Under the pieces are notes generated by a model. The model had not been told where the DNA came from and did no database searches. It saw nothing but the letters and a program-made list of their open reading frames with translations. A program made the position numbers and the translations under genes. A DNA stretch of 64,000 nucleotides from an uncultured Bdellovibrionales bacterium (GTDB lineage: Bacteria; Patescibacteriota; Minisyncoccia; Moranbacterales; DUUL01), in contig CAZKWX010000003.1 in assembly GCA_964556685.1 (NCBI GenBank), positions 78 through 64,077 on the forward strand, in the 5' to 3' direction. Numbering within the stretch: the stretch's first letter is position 1; each line of letters opens with the position of its first letter. Below, one piece after another: positions 36,673 through 45,792 of the stretch.

Positions 36673-37509
36673 TTAGATTGTTTTAGCTTTTTCTTTCTCC
36701 ACAGTTATTTCCGTTCCGTCTTCTAATCTCACTTTTACTTTTTGAGACATGGCTTGAAGATCAATCACCTCACCAATTTTCCCATCAACCTTCACCTTTG
36801 TTCCCTTGGGAGGCAATTTGCCCAGAGATTCTTCATATTGGTCAGCTTCATAGGCCAAACAACACATTAATCTTCCACACAGACCAGAGATTCGATCACT
36901 TCCTCGATGAGAAATGAGTTGGCAACGAGCCATTTCTGTGGAAATACTTTTTAATCCACCAGTTGAATTCATGCAACACAGTTCTTTGCCACAAATTCCA
37001 TATCCGCCGCATCTTCTTGCTTCGTCTCGAGAACCAATTTGTTGGAGACGAACTGATTTTCCAAATTTTGTTGAAAGATTTTTTACCATTGAGCGAAAAT
37101 CAACTCGTCCATCAGCCACAAAAGCAATCACCACACAGCTGCCGTCAATGCTTATCCGGGCATCAATAATTTTCATGGGCAATTCCAGAGCTCTGGCTTG
37201 ATTTTTTGCTTCTCTGAGAATTTCTTTCTCCTTTTTCTGGTTATCTTTAATTTCCCTGACGTCCCCTGGAGAAGCTTTCCTTTTAACTCTTCCAACTGTT
37301 TCATCGCCTTCAATATTTTTGTCGGCTATCAGAATTTCTGCCAAAAATGTGCCCCATTCGTGATCCACGATCACCTCACCTTTCTTTATTGAAAGATCGC
37401 AAGAGACATTTCTTGGTTGATCCCAATCGAAAAATCTAACAATCATTTTTTTTGAATTATGAATTTCGAATTTGGTATTTTGAATAAGAACAGAGCAATC
37501 AGCCAGCAA
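36673..37509 (-). CDS. PSP1 C-terminal domain protein (RicT/YaaT-like)
   Basis: 278 aa; CGGYGICGKELCCMNST...GLCGRLMCCLAYE signature. Confidence 0.7.
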   Translation of the reverse strand: MLADCSVLIQNTKFEIHNSKKMIVRFFDWDQPRNVSCDLSIKKGEVIVDHEWGTFLAEILIADKNIEGDETVGRVKRKASPGDVREIKDNQKKEKEILREAKNQARALELPMKIIDARISIDGSCVVIAFVADGRVDFRSMVKNLSTKFGKSVRLQQIGSRDEARRCGGYGICGKELCCMNSTGGLKSISTEMARCQLISHRGSDRISGLCGRLMCCLAYEADQYEESLGKLPPKGTKVKVDGKIGEVIDLQAMSQKVKVRLEDGTEITVEKEKAKTI

Positions 37510-37570
37510 TGTTAAACTCTCGATTCAACATTCTCATTCTAAATTCTAAATACCTAATTCTAAATTCTGT

Positions 37571-38149
37571 CTAAAGTTCTAGGCGAACAAAATTTTCAAT
37601 GATGATGTTCTCTCCAATAGTAGCGATCTTTTCCTTGAGAACTTCTTCCACTGTTCTGTCTTGATCTTTGATAAAAGCCTGAGAAAGCAATGCATTTTCT
37701 GCTCGAAATTTCTTTTCTTTTCCTTCCATGATTTTTTCAGCCACCTCAGCCGGCTTTCCTTCTTTTTCAACTTCTTCTTTCCAAAATTTCTTCTGATTTT
37801 CAATCATGTCCTCTGGCACATCTTCTGGAGCAACTGCTTTTGGATTCATGGCAGTGACTTGCATGGCCACATCCTTGGCAAATTCTTGAAATTCATCGTT
37901 GCGAGCAACAAAATCGGTTTCACACAGAATTTTTACTAAAGCTGCCACTTTACCATTGCTGTGAACATAAGATGTGACAACACCTTCTCTTGCTTCACGG
38001 TCACCTTTCCTGGCCGCCTTTTCCAAGCCTCTCTTGTGAAGAATTTCCAAAGCTTTTTTTTCATCACCGTCAGCTTCATCTAAGGCCTTCTTAACATCAA
38101 TCACTCCAGCGCCAGTTTGCTGCCTAATTTTTTTTACAAGATCTAGCAT
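37571..38149 (-). CDS. tsf: Elongation factor Ts (short form)
   Basis: 192 aa; N-terminal UBA-like LVKKIRQQTGAGVIDVKKALDEADGD and TSYVHSNGKVAALVKILCETDFVARN core. Confidence 0.9.
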   Translation of the reverse strand: MLDLVKKIRQQTGAGVIDVKKALDEADGDEKKALEILHKRGLEKAARKGDREAREGVVTSYVHSNGKVAALVKILCETDFVARNDEFQEFAKDVAMQVTAMNPKAVAPEDVPEDMIENQKKFWKEEVEKEGKPAEVAEKIMEGKEKKFRAENALLSQAFIKDQDRTVEEVLKEKIATIGENIIIENFVRLEL

Positions 38150-38265
38150 TTTTTTTCTAATCTATAATTTTCAATAAGATCATAACATTCGATTGGAGAT
38201 TGAAAATTGTCCTATTGGAAATTAAATAAAAATTAAAAATTTTAAATTGAAAATTAGTTTCTACA

Positions 38266-39048
38266 TTATTCCTTTGCATTCGGATCAACACTTTTTTCTT
38301 TGGCTTCCAGAACGGTCTTCATGAAAAGACCCAGGATATATTTGAGTGAGGAAAGCGCGTCATCGTTGGCTGGGATGGGATAGTTGATGTTGTCCAAATT
38401 GCTGTTGCTGTCTAGCAAACCAATCACTTTGATGCCAGCAGTGTGAGCTTCTCGAACTGCTGTTTCGTCTTTGCAGACATCCAGCACAAACACAGCATCA
38501 GGCAAGCGTTTCATGTTTTTCAGTCCGCCCATTTTTTGCTCAATTTTGGTCAATTTCTTGTCCAATTTGTTTCTTTCCAACTTAGTCATATTACCCAGCT
38601 TTCCTTTGTCCAATGCCTCTTTATTCTCAACCAAATATTTCACCCGTTTTTTGAGCACATCAAAATTAGTAAAAGTTCCACCCAACCATCGCTCGTTGAC
38701 ATAGGGCATATCCAATTTTTCTCCTACTGTTTGAACCAAATCTTTGGCTTGCTTTTTAGTGCCGACAACAAGGATGATTCCATTTTTCTTGACCACTTCC
38801 TCAACAAACTTGAGCGCTTCTTCAAGCAGGCTCTTGGTTTTTTCCAAATCAATAACGTGCACCCCGTTGCGCACTCCAAAAATATATCGATTCATTCTTG
38901 GATTCCAACGGGATTTTTTGTGACCAAAATGAACTCCAGCTTTCAGCATCGCTTCCAGAGTGAGTTCATACTTATCTTTGGCCCCTACATCAAAAGACAC
39001 CTCGCTTGGAGCTGAGGCCTCTTTGGTGTTCTCCGAATCATTAGACAT
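38266..39048 (-). CDS. rpsB: 30S ribosomal protein S2
   Basis: 260 aa; LKAGVHFGHKKSRWNPRMNRYIFGVRNGVHVIDLEKT. Confidence 0.95.
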   Translation of the reverse strand: MSNDSENTKEASAPSEVSFDVGAKDKYELTLEAMLKAGVHFGHKKSRWNPRMNRYIFGVRNGVHVIDLEKTKSLLEEALKFVEEVVKKNGIILVVGTKKQAKDLVQTVGEKLDMPYVNERWLGGTFTNFDVLKKRVKYLVENKEALDKGKLGNMTKLERNKLDKKLTKIEQKMGGLKNMKRLPDAVFVLDVCKDETAVREAHTAGIKVIGLLDSNSNLDNINYPIPANDDALSSLKYILGLFMKTVLEAKEKSVDPNAKE

Positions 39049-39294
39049 GATTTTTCCTTAATAATTTAGCCTCTACCTGATTTTAAATCTAGCTTTTGAT
39101 CCCGCCTGGGCGGGACTAGGCAAGCCAGCCATCAGATATGTGTGATAAGTTATTGAAATTCTACTCCCAATAACTTAGAACAATCTAGCACAAGAAGAGT
39201 AAAATGTAAAGACGATAAAATGTAAAATAACAAAGAACCCTTAGCGCTTGTGAAAATAATCTTTCACAGCGCTAGGGCCCTTCAGGGAAAATTA

Positions 39295-40665
39295 TTATTC
39301 CCAGATTTTTACAGTTTCAACGAAACATCCGCCGCCACCGCTACCAGTGACTGTTTGTCTTGATGCCGATGTTGGTTCTAATCTGGTCGATCCTGCTTGC
39401 GGACGACTACGATTAAGAGGATCCAATTCCTTGATCTTTGCTGAGATTTTTCTTGCATAACACTTCTGACATTCAGGATCTTCCGGATGAATGCCATCGG
39501 GTGCACACTTCATCCAGTCTTCCCAGCTATCTCCAGCACAAGACCTCACCTCAACAAATCTCTTTCCAACGATTTCACGGAGTGTTTTGTTATACTCTTT
39601 CACAATAGAGTCTTCGCGAGGATTGCGTCCGCCACTCATTCCAACCATAATGATCTTGTCTGACATTCCAATCAGTTTTCGCCAATTGAATTTAGTGGTC
39701 TGAAAACTAATTGCATAATATAGATCATTATATCCCCACCCACACGTCATTAAGTGAGGAGAATATTTTCGTAGAGCTTCAGCAGCCAACTTCAAACCGT
39801 CGACTGTTGTTGATCCTGAAACTCCTAGTTTAACAACGTTATACAAATCAGCTAACATGTCTTCCAACCAATACTTGTATCGATGAGTGATGGAGTTGCC
39901 GTGAGCAACAACAACTAAGTTGTCGTTTAGCAATCTTCTCATTCCCTCATCGTCTTGCACGAAAGGGTGAGTAATACCTCTCTGCACAGAAGTCTTCCCT
40001 TGGTTCCAGGTAGTTTTCGAATAGGGTCCTACAAAAACTTCAGATAGCTCTCTATCCTTTTTATCCGGAGCTTGATCTTCGTTAAGGTGAATAACAATTC
40101 CATCGGGATTCTGCTTGACCCAATAATAAACACCTTCTTCCTCATTAAATTCCTTCCAATAGATTGATCCACTTTCGTCTATTCGAGGAGTAATGTGAGG
40201 AATCAATGGATTATCAGTCACCTCTTTGAGTTTTGTCCAACTATCATCCTCCCAGATCATTTTGTAGATTGAGTCTTCACCTGAACCGCTATTCGCTGAA
40301 AAAACTAGAGTTGGAGTTCCACTCACTACAGCTAACCAAGAGGCACCATTCGATTCAAAATTGGTTTCAACTTTTTCTGGCACGCTCCAGCTTCCATTCA
40401 AATAATAAGAATAATAGAGATATATCTGTCCAATAACCTCTTCTTCCTCCCAAACAAGCAAGCTCCTATTTTCTCCAAAACCAATTCCGACAGGATGTCG
40501 ACTGTTAGTCAGATAGCTGAAAAGGGAAGAGCCGTTTATATATAATTGGGAATGACCATTTTCAAAATAAATAGTTTCGACATTAAACGTCATACCTATT
40601 GCAGTTTCAGTGTTACTAATAACGAAAAAGCCAGCGATAATTAGACCCACCAATATTTTCTTCAT
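39295..40665 (-). CDS. Secreted protein with C-terminal SGNH/GDSL-like hydrolase domain
   Basis: 456 aa; signal/TM N-terminus; VVVAHGNSITHRY (block I Ser) and GWGYNDL (block III); terminator hairpin at 39230-39270. Confidence 0.5.
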   Translation of the reverse strand: MKKILVGLIIAGFFVISNTETAIGMTFNVETIYFENGHSQLYINGSSLFSYLTNSRHPVGIGFGENRSLLVWEEEEVIGQIYLYYSYYLNGSWSVPEKVETNFESNGASWLAVVSGTPTLVFSANSGSGEDSIYKMIWEDDSWTKLKEVTDNPLIPHITPRIDESGSIYWKEFNEEEGVYYWVKQNPDGIVIHLNEDQAPDKKDRELSEVFVGPYSKTTWNQGKTSVQRGITHPFVQDDEGMRRLLNDNLVVVAHGNSITHRYKYWLEDMLADLYNVVKLGVSGSTTVDGLKLAAEALRKYSPHLMTCGWGYNDLYYAISFQTTKFNWRKLIGMSDKIIMVGMSGGRNPREDSIVKEYNKTLREIVGKRFVEVRSCAGDSWEDWMKCAPDGIHPEDPECQKCYARKISAKIKELDPLNRSRPQAGSTRLEPTSASRQTVTGSGGGGCFVETVKIWE

Positions 40666-41186
40666 TTTGAAGAACCTCCTTTTCGATTATTTCAGATTCT
40701 AAAACAGTTATTATCAATATATTTGCAATTCTTTACAAACTGAATATAAAGTTGTTAAAAAACTCTCCATTTTCGCCAAAATATACTATCAAAATGACTA
40801 TTTGTCAATTTTAATATTCACAGCTTTTTTGCTATATTTGCTACTTGTTCATATGCTTGAAACCTTTTCTTATTTTAGAAGCTTCTGCAGAGTACTCTAA
40901 AGATGATTCTATGCTTGAATTGACGATTTACCTTTTTTATGCTATCTTTTCTCTAGTTATTAATAAATTTAACTTTCTGATTTTCAGGCAAATTGATAGG
41001 AAACAGGCTTTGTCATTTCGACCGTATCACATCGTTTTTAACGATGTGAGAAGTGGAGAAATCTCATGATTAACTACGTCTTATAATTCGTGAGATCCCT
41101 CGACTTCTCCCGCCAAGGCGGGATTCGCTCGGGATGACTTTCAGTCGGTTTTTACCTTCATTTGTCCCGAATTTCGGAACAAAAAA

Positions 41187-43310
41187 ATGGAATCAAAAAA
41201 ATTTTCCGTCGAAGTAGGCGGGAGAACGCTTGAAGCTGAAAGCGGAATGCTAGCCGGCCAAGCTGGTGGAGCTGTCACCGTGCGCTATGGCGACACGGTT
41301 GTTTTAGCAACGGCTACCATGAGATCTCAGCGGGCTGAAGGAATGGACTATTTCCCGCTTTTTGTTGACTATGAAGAGCGTTACTATGCGGGAGGAAAAA
41401 TCAAAGGCTCACGTTTCATCAAGCGAGAGGGCCGACCTTCTGATCAGGCCATTCTGAATGACCGAGTGATTGATCGAACCATTCGACCGCTCTTTGATGA
41501 ACGAATGAGGAATGAAGTGCAAGTGATTGTCACTGTGCTTTCTATCGACAATGAAAATGATCCTGTAATTGTTTCAGTTATTGCCGCATCTTTGGCTTTG
41601 GGAATTTCCGACGTGCCTTGGAATGGACCAATTGCCGCTGTGCGAGTGGGCGAAATAGATGGAAAGTTGACCATTAATCCAGTCAATGGACAGCTTGAAG
41701 AGTCTCCCGTTGATCTGCTGGTTGCCGGAACTAAAGATAAAATAAACATGATTGAATGCGGTGCCAAGGAATATAGCAATGAAGCCACTGCTAAGGCTAT
41801 CACTCTCGGATTCAATGAAGTCAAGAAGATTGCTGAGTTTCAAGAAAGCATCATCAAAAAAATTGGCAAGAAAAAGCAGGACGTGGAATTGACCACTCCT
41901 TCAGCTGAGTTTAAAAAAGAAATACGAGCAATTTTGGAAGAAAAGAATCTAGCTGAAGCTTTCTACACCAAGGACAAGGAAGAACAGAGCGAAAAAATGG
42001 ACGGAATTAAAGAGCACATCAAAGAGACGTTGGAAGAAAAGTATAGCGATGAAGAAGAGCTGACCAAAAGAAAGGCTGAAGCTGATCTAATCTTTGAAAA
42101 TTATCTCAATGAGGTCTTGCATGAGCGAATTCTGAAAGAAGACAAGCGCCCAGATGGAAGAAAAATGGACGAAGTCAGACTCATTTCTTGTCAGACAGGA
42201 ATTCTTCCTCGCACTCATGGGTCAGGTCTTTTTCAAAGAGGAGAAACTCAAGCTTTGACTGTGACCACTTTGGGAGCTCCTGGTGATGAACAGATTATTG
42301 ACACCATGGAGACCGATGAAAAAAAGCGCTACATTCATCATTACAATTTCCCGCCCTATTGCGTGGGCGAAGTGGGATTCATGCGCGGACCCGGTCGAAG
42401 AGAGATTGGTCATGGCGCTTTGGCTGAGAAAGCCTTGCTGCCAGTGTTGCCATCTCAAAAAGAATTTCCCTACACCATGCTTTTGGTCAGTGAGATTATG
42501 TCCTCCAATGGATCATCTTCGATGGCTTCCACTTGCGGATCAACCCTAGCTTTGATGGACGCAGGAGTGCCCATCAAAAAGCCGGTTAGCGGAATTGCCA
42601 TGGGAATTGTGACGGGAGAAAAAAGTGAATACAAGATTCTCTCTGACATTCAGGGACCGGAAGATCACTGGGGAGACATGGACTTTAAGGTTGCTGGAAC
42701 CAAGGATGGCATCACTGCCATGCAGATGGATGTGAAAATCGACGGCATCACTCCTGAGATCGTGGAAGAGGTTTTGGATCGAGCTTTCAAGAGTCGAATG
42801 GAAATCATGGATGTTATGCTCAAAACTATTGCTGAACCTCGCGAAGAACTTTCTGAATATGCTCCTCGCATCATCACCATACAAATTGATCCTGAAAAAA
42901 TTCGCACCGTGATTGGTCCAGGTGGAAAAGTGATTAATGAGATTATTGATGAAACTGGAGTTCAAATTGACATCGAAGATGATGGCAGCGTGTTTATCAC
43001 TGCTGAAAATGGTGAAGGAGGAGAGCAAGCCAAGAAATGGATTGAAAATTTGACTCATGAAGTGAAGCCCGGTGAAGTTTTCAAAGGAAAGGTTGTCAAA
43101 ATTATGGATTTTGGTGCTTTTGTTGAAATTCTTCCCGGACAAGACGGCATGATACACATTTCCCAATTGTCAGAAAAACGAGTGGAAAAAGTTGAAGATG
43201 TGGTGAAAGTTGGCCAAATTGTAACGGTGCGAGTGGCCGAAATTGATAAAATGGGACGGATTAATCTAACCATGAAGGGACTTAATCATGATGCTCCAGA
43301 AAAAAAGTAA
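41187..43310 (+). CDS. pnp: Polyribonucleotide nucleotidyltransferase (PNPase)
   Basis: 707 aa; two RNase PH domains, KH and S1 domains; leader 41030-41186 carries hairpins TCACATCGTT/AACGATGTGA and CCCGCCAAGGCGGG. Confidence 0.95.
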   Translation: MESKKFSVEVGGRTLEAESGMLAGQAGGAVTVRYGDTVVLATATMRSQRAEGMDYFPLFVDYEERYYAGGKIKGSRFIKREGRPSDQAILNDRVIDRTIRPLFDERMRNEVQVIVTVLSIDNENDPVIVSVIAASLALGISDVPWNGPIAAVRVGEIDGKLTINPVNGQLEESPVDLLVAGTKDKINMIECGAKEYSNEATAKAITLGFNEVKKIAEFQESIIKKIGKKKQDVELTTPSAEFKKEIRAILEEKNLAEAFYTKDKEEQSEKMDGIKEHIKETLEEKYSDEEELTKRKAEADLIFENYLNEVLHERILKEDKRPDGRKMDEVRLISCQTGILPRTHGSGLFQRGETQALTVTTLGAPGDEQIIDTMETDEKKRYIHHYNFPPYCVGEVGFMRGPGRREIGHGALAEKALLPVLPSQKEFPYTMLLVSEIMSSNGSSSMASTCGSTLALMDAGVPIKKPVSGIAMGIVTGEKSEYKILSDIQGPEDHWGDMDFKVAGTKDGITAMQMDVKIDGITPEIVEEVLDRAFKSRMEIMDVMLKTIAEPREELSEYAPRIITIQIDPEKIRTVIGPGGKVINEIIDETGVQIDIEDDGSVFITAENGEGGEQAKKWIENLTHEVKPGEVFKGKVVKIMDFGAFVEILPGQDGMIHISQLSEKRVEKVEDVVKVGQIVTVRVAEIDKMGRINLTMKGLNHDAPEKK

Positions 43311-43359
43311 TTGATAGCAATTCATCATAAACAAAAGACACCTCCCTCGATGGTGTTTT

Positions 43360-44745
43360 TTGTTTCTCATATTTTTCCATATGTGGTATAATTTTCCTGA
43401 AAAATTAACTTTTCAAAAAAACAAAATGTTTGGCTCAAAAAATAAAAAAAATAAGGGGGAAGAAAAGAAAGAATCTGTGAAGTTTGATTTAGAGACAATG
43501 GAGAGCGACATGAAAGATCCTTTCAAAAAAAAGGATGTGGAGATCACTTCCAATATTCCTATAAAAAATAATGAAAAGCCTCAGAAAGCCTCAGCTAAGA
43601 ATATGCCTCCAAGAAACACGCCGGAAACCCCTTCAAAAAGTCCTTTTTTGACTGATGAAATTGCTTCAGTTACGCCTTCTGATTTTGGCCAGGAGATTCA
43701 GAAAAACAAAGAAAGAGATCATGGGCAAGCTCCCACTCCTAAGGAACAATTTCCAAAAGAGAAAATACCAGCTGTTAAGCCGGAGGTCCCCCAAAACCTG
43801 CCCACTGCAGAAAAAGCTGAAATGCCGAAAACAGACAAGCCTGTTTTTCCTGGAGTTCCAGAGCAAAAAGCTAAGAAAGAAGCCAGTAATGAAGAAATTG
43901 AAAAATATCTTAAACAATCTGTGTCGCGCAAGAAAAAATCAGTTAACATGCCGCTTCTAATCATTGCGGTCGTGGTGCTTGTCGCTACTATTGCGGCTGG
44001 AGCCTATTATTATTTCTTTGTTCTGAATCAGTCATCTGAGACTGTTGAGATTCCTTCGCAAGTCAATGAGGGTGTTAGCACAGACCAGCAAGACACGACT
44101 GACCAAACTGATGTTTCAACAGAGACAACGAATCCCACTGATACGCTTTCCGACACTGGCGTTTTAAATAGTGCTGAAGTTCTTATCATTGAAAACAACG
44201 ACCCCAATGCCAGCTTGATTAATTACATTGCTTTGGCGAAAGAGGACATGGAAAAATCTGCTATGCTGGCTGAAGGCTTCTTCGTGCGAGTGCAAGATGA
44301 AAATGGAATAGTTTCATCGGTTGATCTTTTAGATTATTTCACAATCAACATCCCTAATCTAGATCTATATATCGAGAAGGATGCGTACCTTTTTCTTGCA
44401 TCGTTAAAAGATACCGACACAGTAAAGGTAGCTTTAGTACTTTCTATTGAATCGAATACCAGCGCCGCTATTGTTAAAGAGCATATGAAAGTAGAGGAAA
44501 AAGTTATGCCCAGTCAGATCAAAGTTTTGATGATTGATGAGACAGCTCCTGAAGTGCCAGATCAAGTAGATTTTTCTCCCAGCCTAGTCAACATAGACTT
44601 TCGCTTTTTCAATTATATCGCCGAGAATACCGATCAATCCACTGATTGGGGTGTCATGAAATACAAGGAAGCTAATTATATTGTGTTTACCACTTCGAAA
44701 GACTCAACTGAGAAAATAACTAAAGCTTTGGACCCCTCGCAATAG
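43360..44745 (+). CDS. Hypothetical membrane-anchored protein (likely start 43426, MFGSKNKK)
   Basis: 461 aa ORF; Lys/Pro-rich N-terminal region, one TM, Thr/Asp-rich linker, C-terminal globular domain. Confidence 0.5.
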   Translation: MFLIFFHMWYNFPEKLTFQKNKMFGSKNKKNKGEEKKESVKFDLETMESDMKDPFKKKDVEITSNIPIKNNEKPQKASAKNMPPRNTPETPSKSPFLTDEIASVTPSDFGQEIQKNKERDHGQAPTPKEQFPKEKIPAVKPEVPQNLPTAEKAEMPKTDKPVFPGVPEQKAKKEASNEEIEKYLKQSVSRKKKSVNMPLLIIAVVVLVATIAAGAYYYFFVLNQSSETVEIPSQVNEGVSTDQQDTTDQTDVSTETTNPTDTLSDTGVLNSAEVLIIENNDPNASLINYIALAKEDMEKSAMLAEGFFVRVQDENGIVSSVDLLDYFTINIPNLDLYIEKDAYLFLASLKDTDTVKVALVLSIESNTSAAIVKEHMKVEEKVMPSQIKVLMIDETAPEVPDQVDFSPSLVNIDFRFFNYIAENTDQSTDWGVMKYKEANYIVFTTSKDSTEKITKALDPSQ

Positions 44746-44914
44746 CGGATCTAGTGAATGTGGACAAGTTGTTGACAACTATGGAATCGTTGCAGCTCTG
44801 AAAATTTTGTTAAAAGATTGTTTAAAACGAAAAAAATTTAAATTTTTTCGTTTAGATAAAGCAATAATCGCTTGATTCGTTGACCATTGGGTCAAAAAAT
44901 GCTATAATAGTTAT

Positions 44915-45355
44915 AGATGTAAGTTCCTTCCAATCTTCCGCTTACGCGGCAGAAGAGTTCCAATCGCGATTTCCCCCTATTCGCGATTGGAGTTCTTCTG
45001 CTGCAACTTCCAGGAAACCAGTAAGACTGGATCTAGTAATTCCTGGGTTTTCAAAAACAAAAACAAAATGTTTCTAAAAACAAAAACTAAAAAAATGGGC
45101 CTAGCCCTACAGCGGAAGAAACAAACCTAGTTACTAGAACTAGATCCCGACGAGATTCTAAATAATAACCGAATTGCCGTCTCACCCCCGGCGAGTAGGT
45201 TTCAAGAAATTCGTCGGTATACCCGTGGCACCATGCCACAAAATCTTTTAGAGGGCATTGGTGCCCGGGTTACCCCCCAAGACATTCACGGGTAGAACAA
45301 AGCGGGTGTTCACATAGTTAGGTTTTTTGAGGAAGCGCCAATAGGGCGGTTTTTT
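44915..45355 (+). ncRNA. Candidate structured ncRNA (~440 nt, class unknown)
   Basis: Consensus promoter TTGACC-17-TATAAT (44880-44908, -35 inside palindrome TTGACCATTGGGTCAA); perfect 18-bp stem GAAGAGTTCCAATCGCGA/TCGCGATTGGAGTTCTTC; long-range ACCCGTG/CACGGGT helix; AGAGGGCAUUGGUGCCCGGGUUACC block; terminator-like stem + T6GT4 at 45329-45360; no ORF. Confidence 0.4.
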
Positions 45356-45792
45356 GTTTCCTGAAATATTTTTTGGAAATAAAAAGTGGAAAGCGACAGT
45401 GTTCCTGCTACTTCCCACAAAATTATTTCTGTTGGGTTTATGATTTTAATTGAGGCTATGTTTTAATAGTCACATTCATAAATCCCTAATTCTTTTACAG
45501 CTTTGCACCAGGGCCTGTGTTCAACATGGCCATCGCCACGCAATGGCATGTCGCAACTTCACGTACTTCCAACTTTTTCACAGCCACTTCTGTTTCTGGC
45601 TCTTTCAAGTTCGGCTTTTATATTTATCACTTTATTAGGCTTTCCCATTTGCCCCTTCTCCTTTTAGTATTCCACACGTTAGAGCCTCATGGATTATGTT
45701 TTGATCATCGACTGTTAATCGTTCCAGCTTTTCTCCTATTGGAACTGAAAGGATTATAATAACCACATCTAAAAAGAATTGTATTACCCTTT

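Noticed and set aside
40680-41186. rpsO (S15) gene expected upstream of pnp
   Set aside because: Only a 74-aa hydrophobic ORF (40845..41069) with no S15 motifs; region treated as pnp leader/intergenic
43655-43964. Multiple ~80-100-aa ORFs on both strands inside 43360..44745
   Set aside because: Low-complexity Lys/Arg-rich frames nested in the larger ORF's Lys/Pro-rich N-terminal region; artefacts of composition
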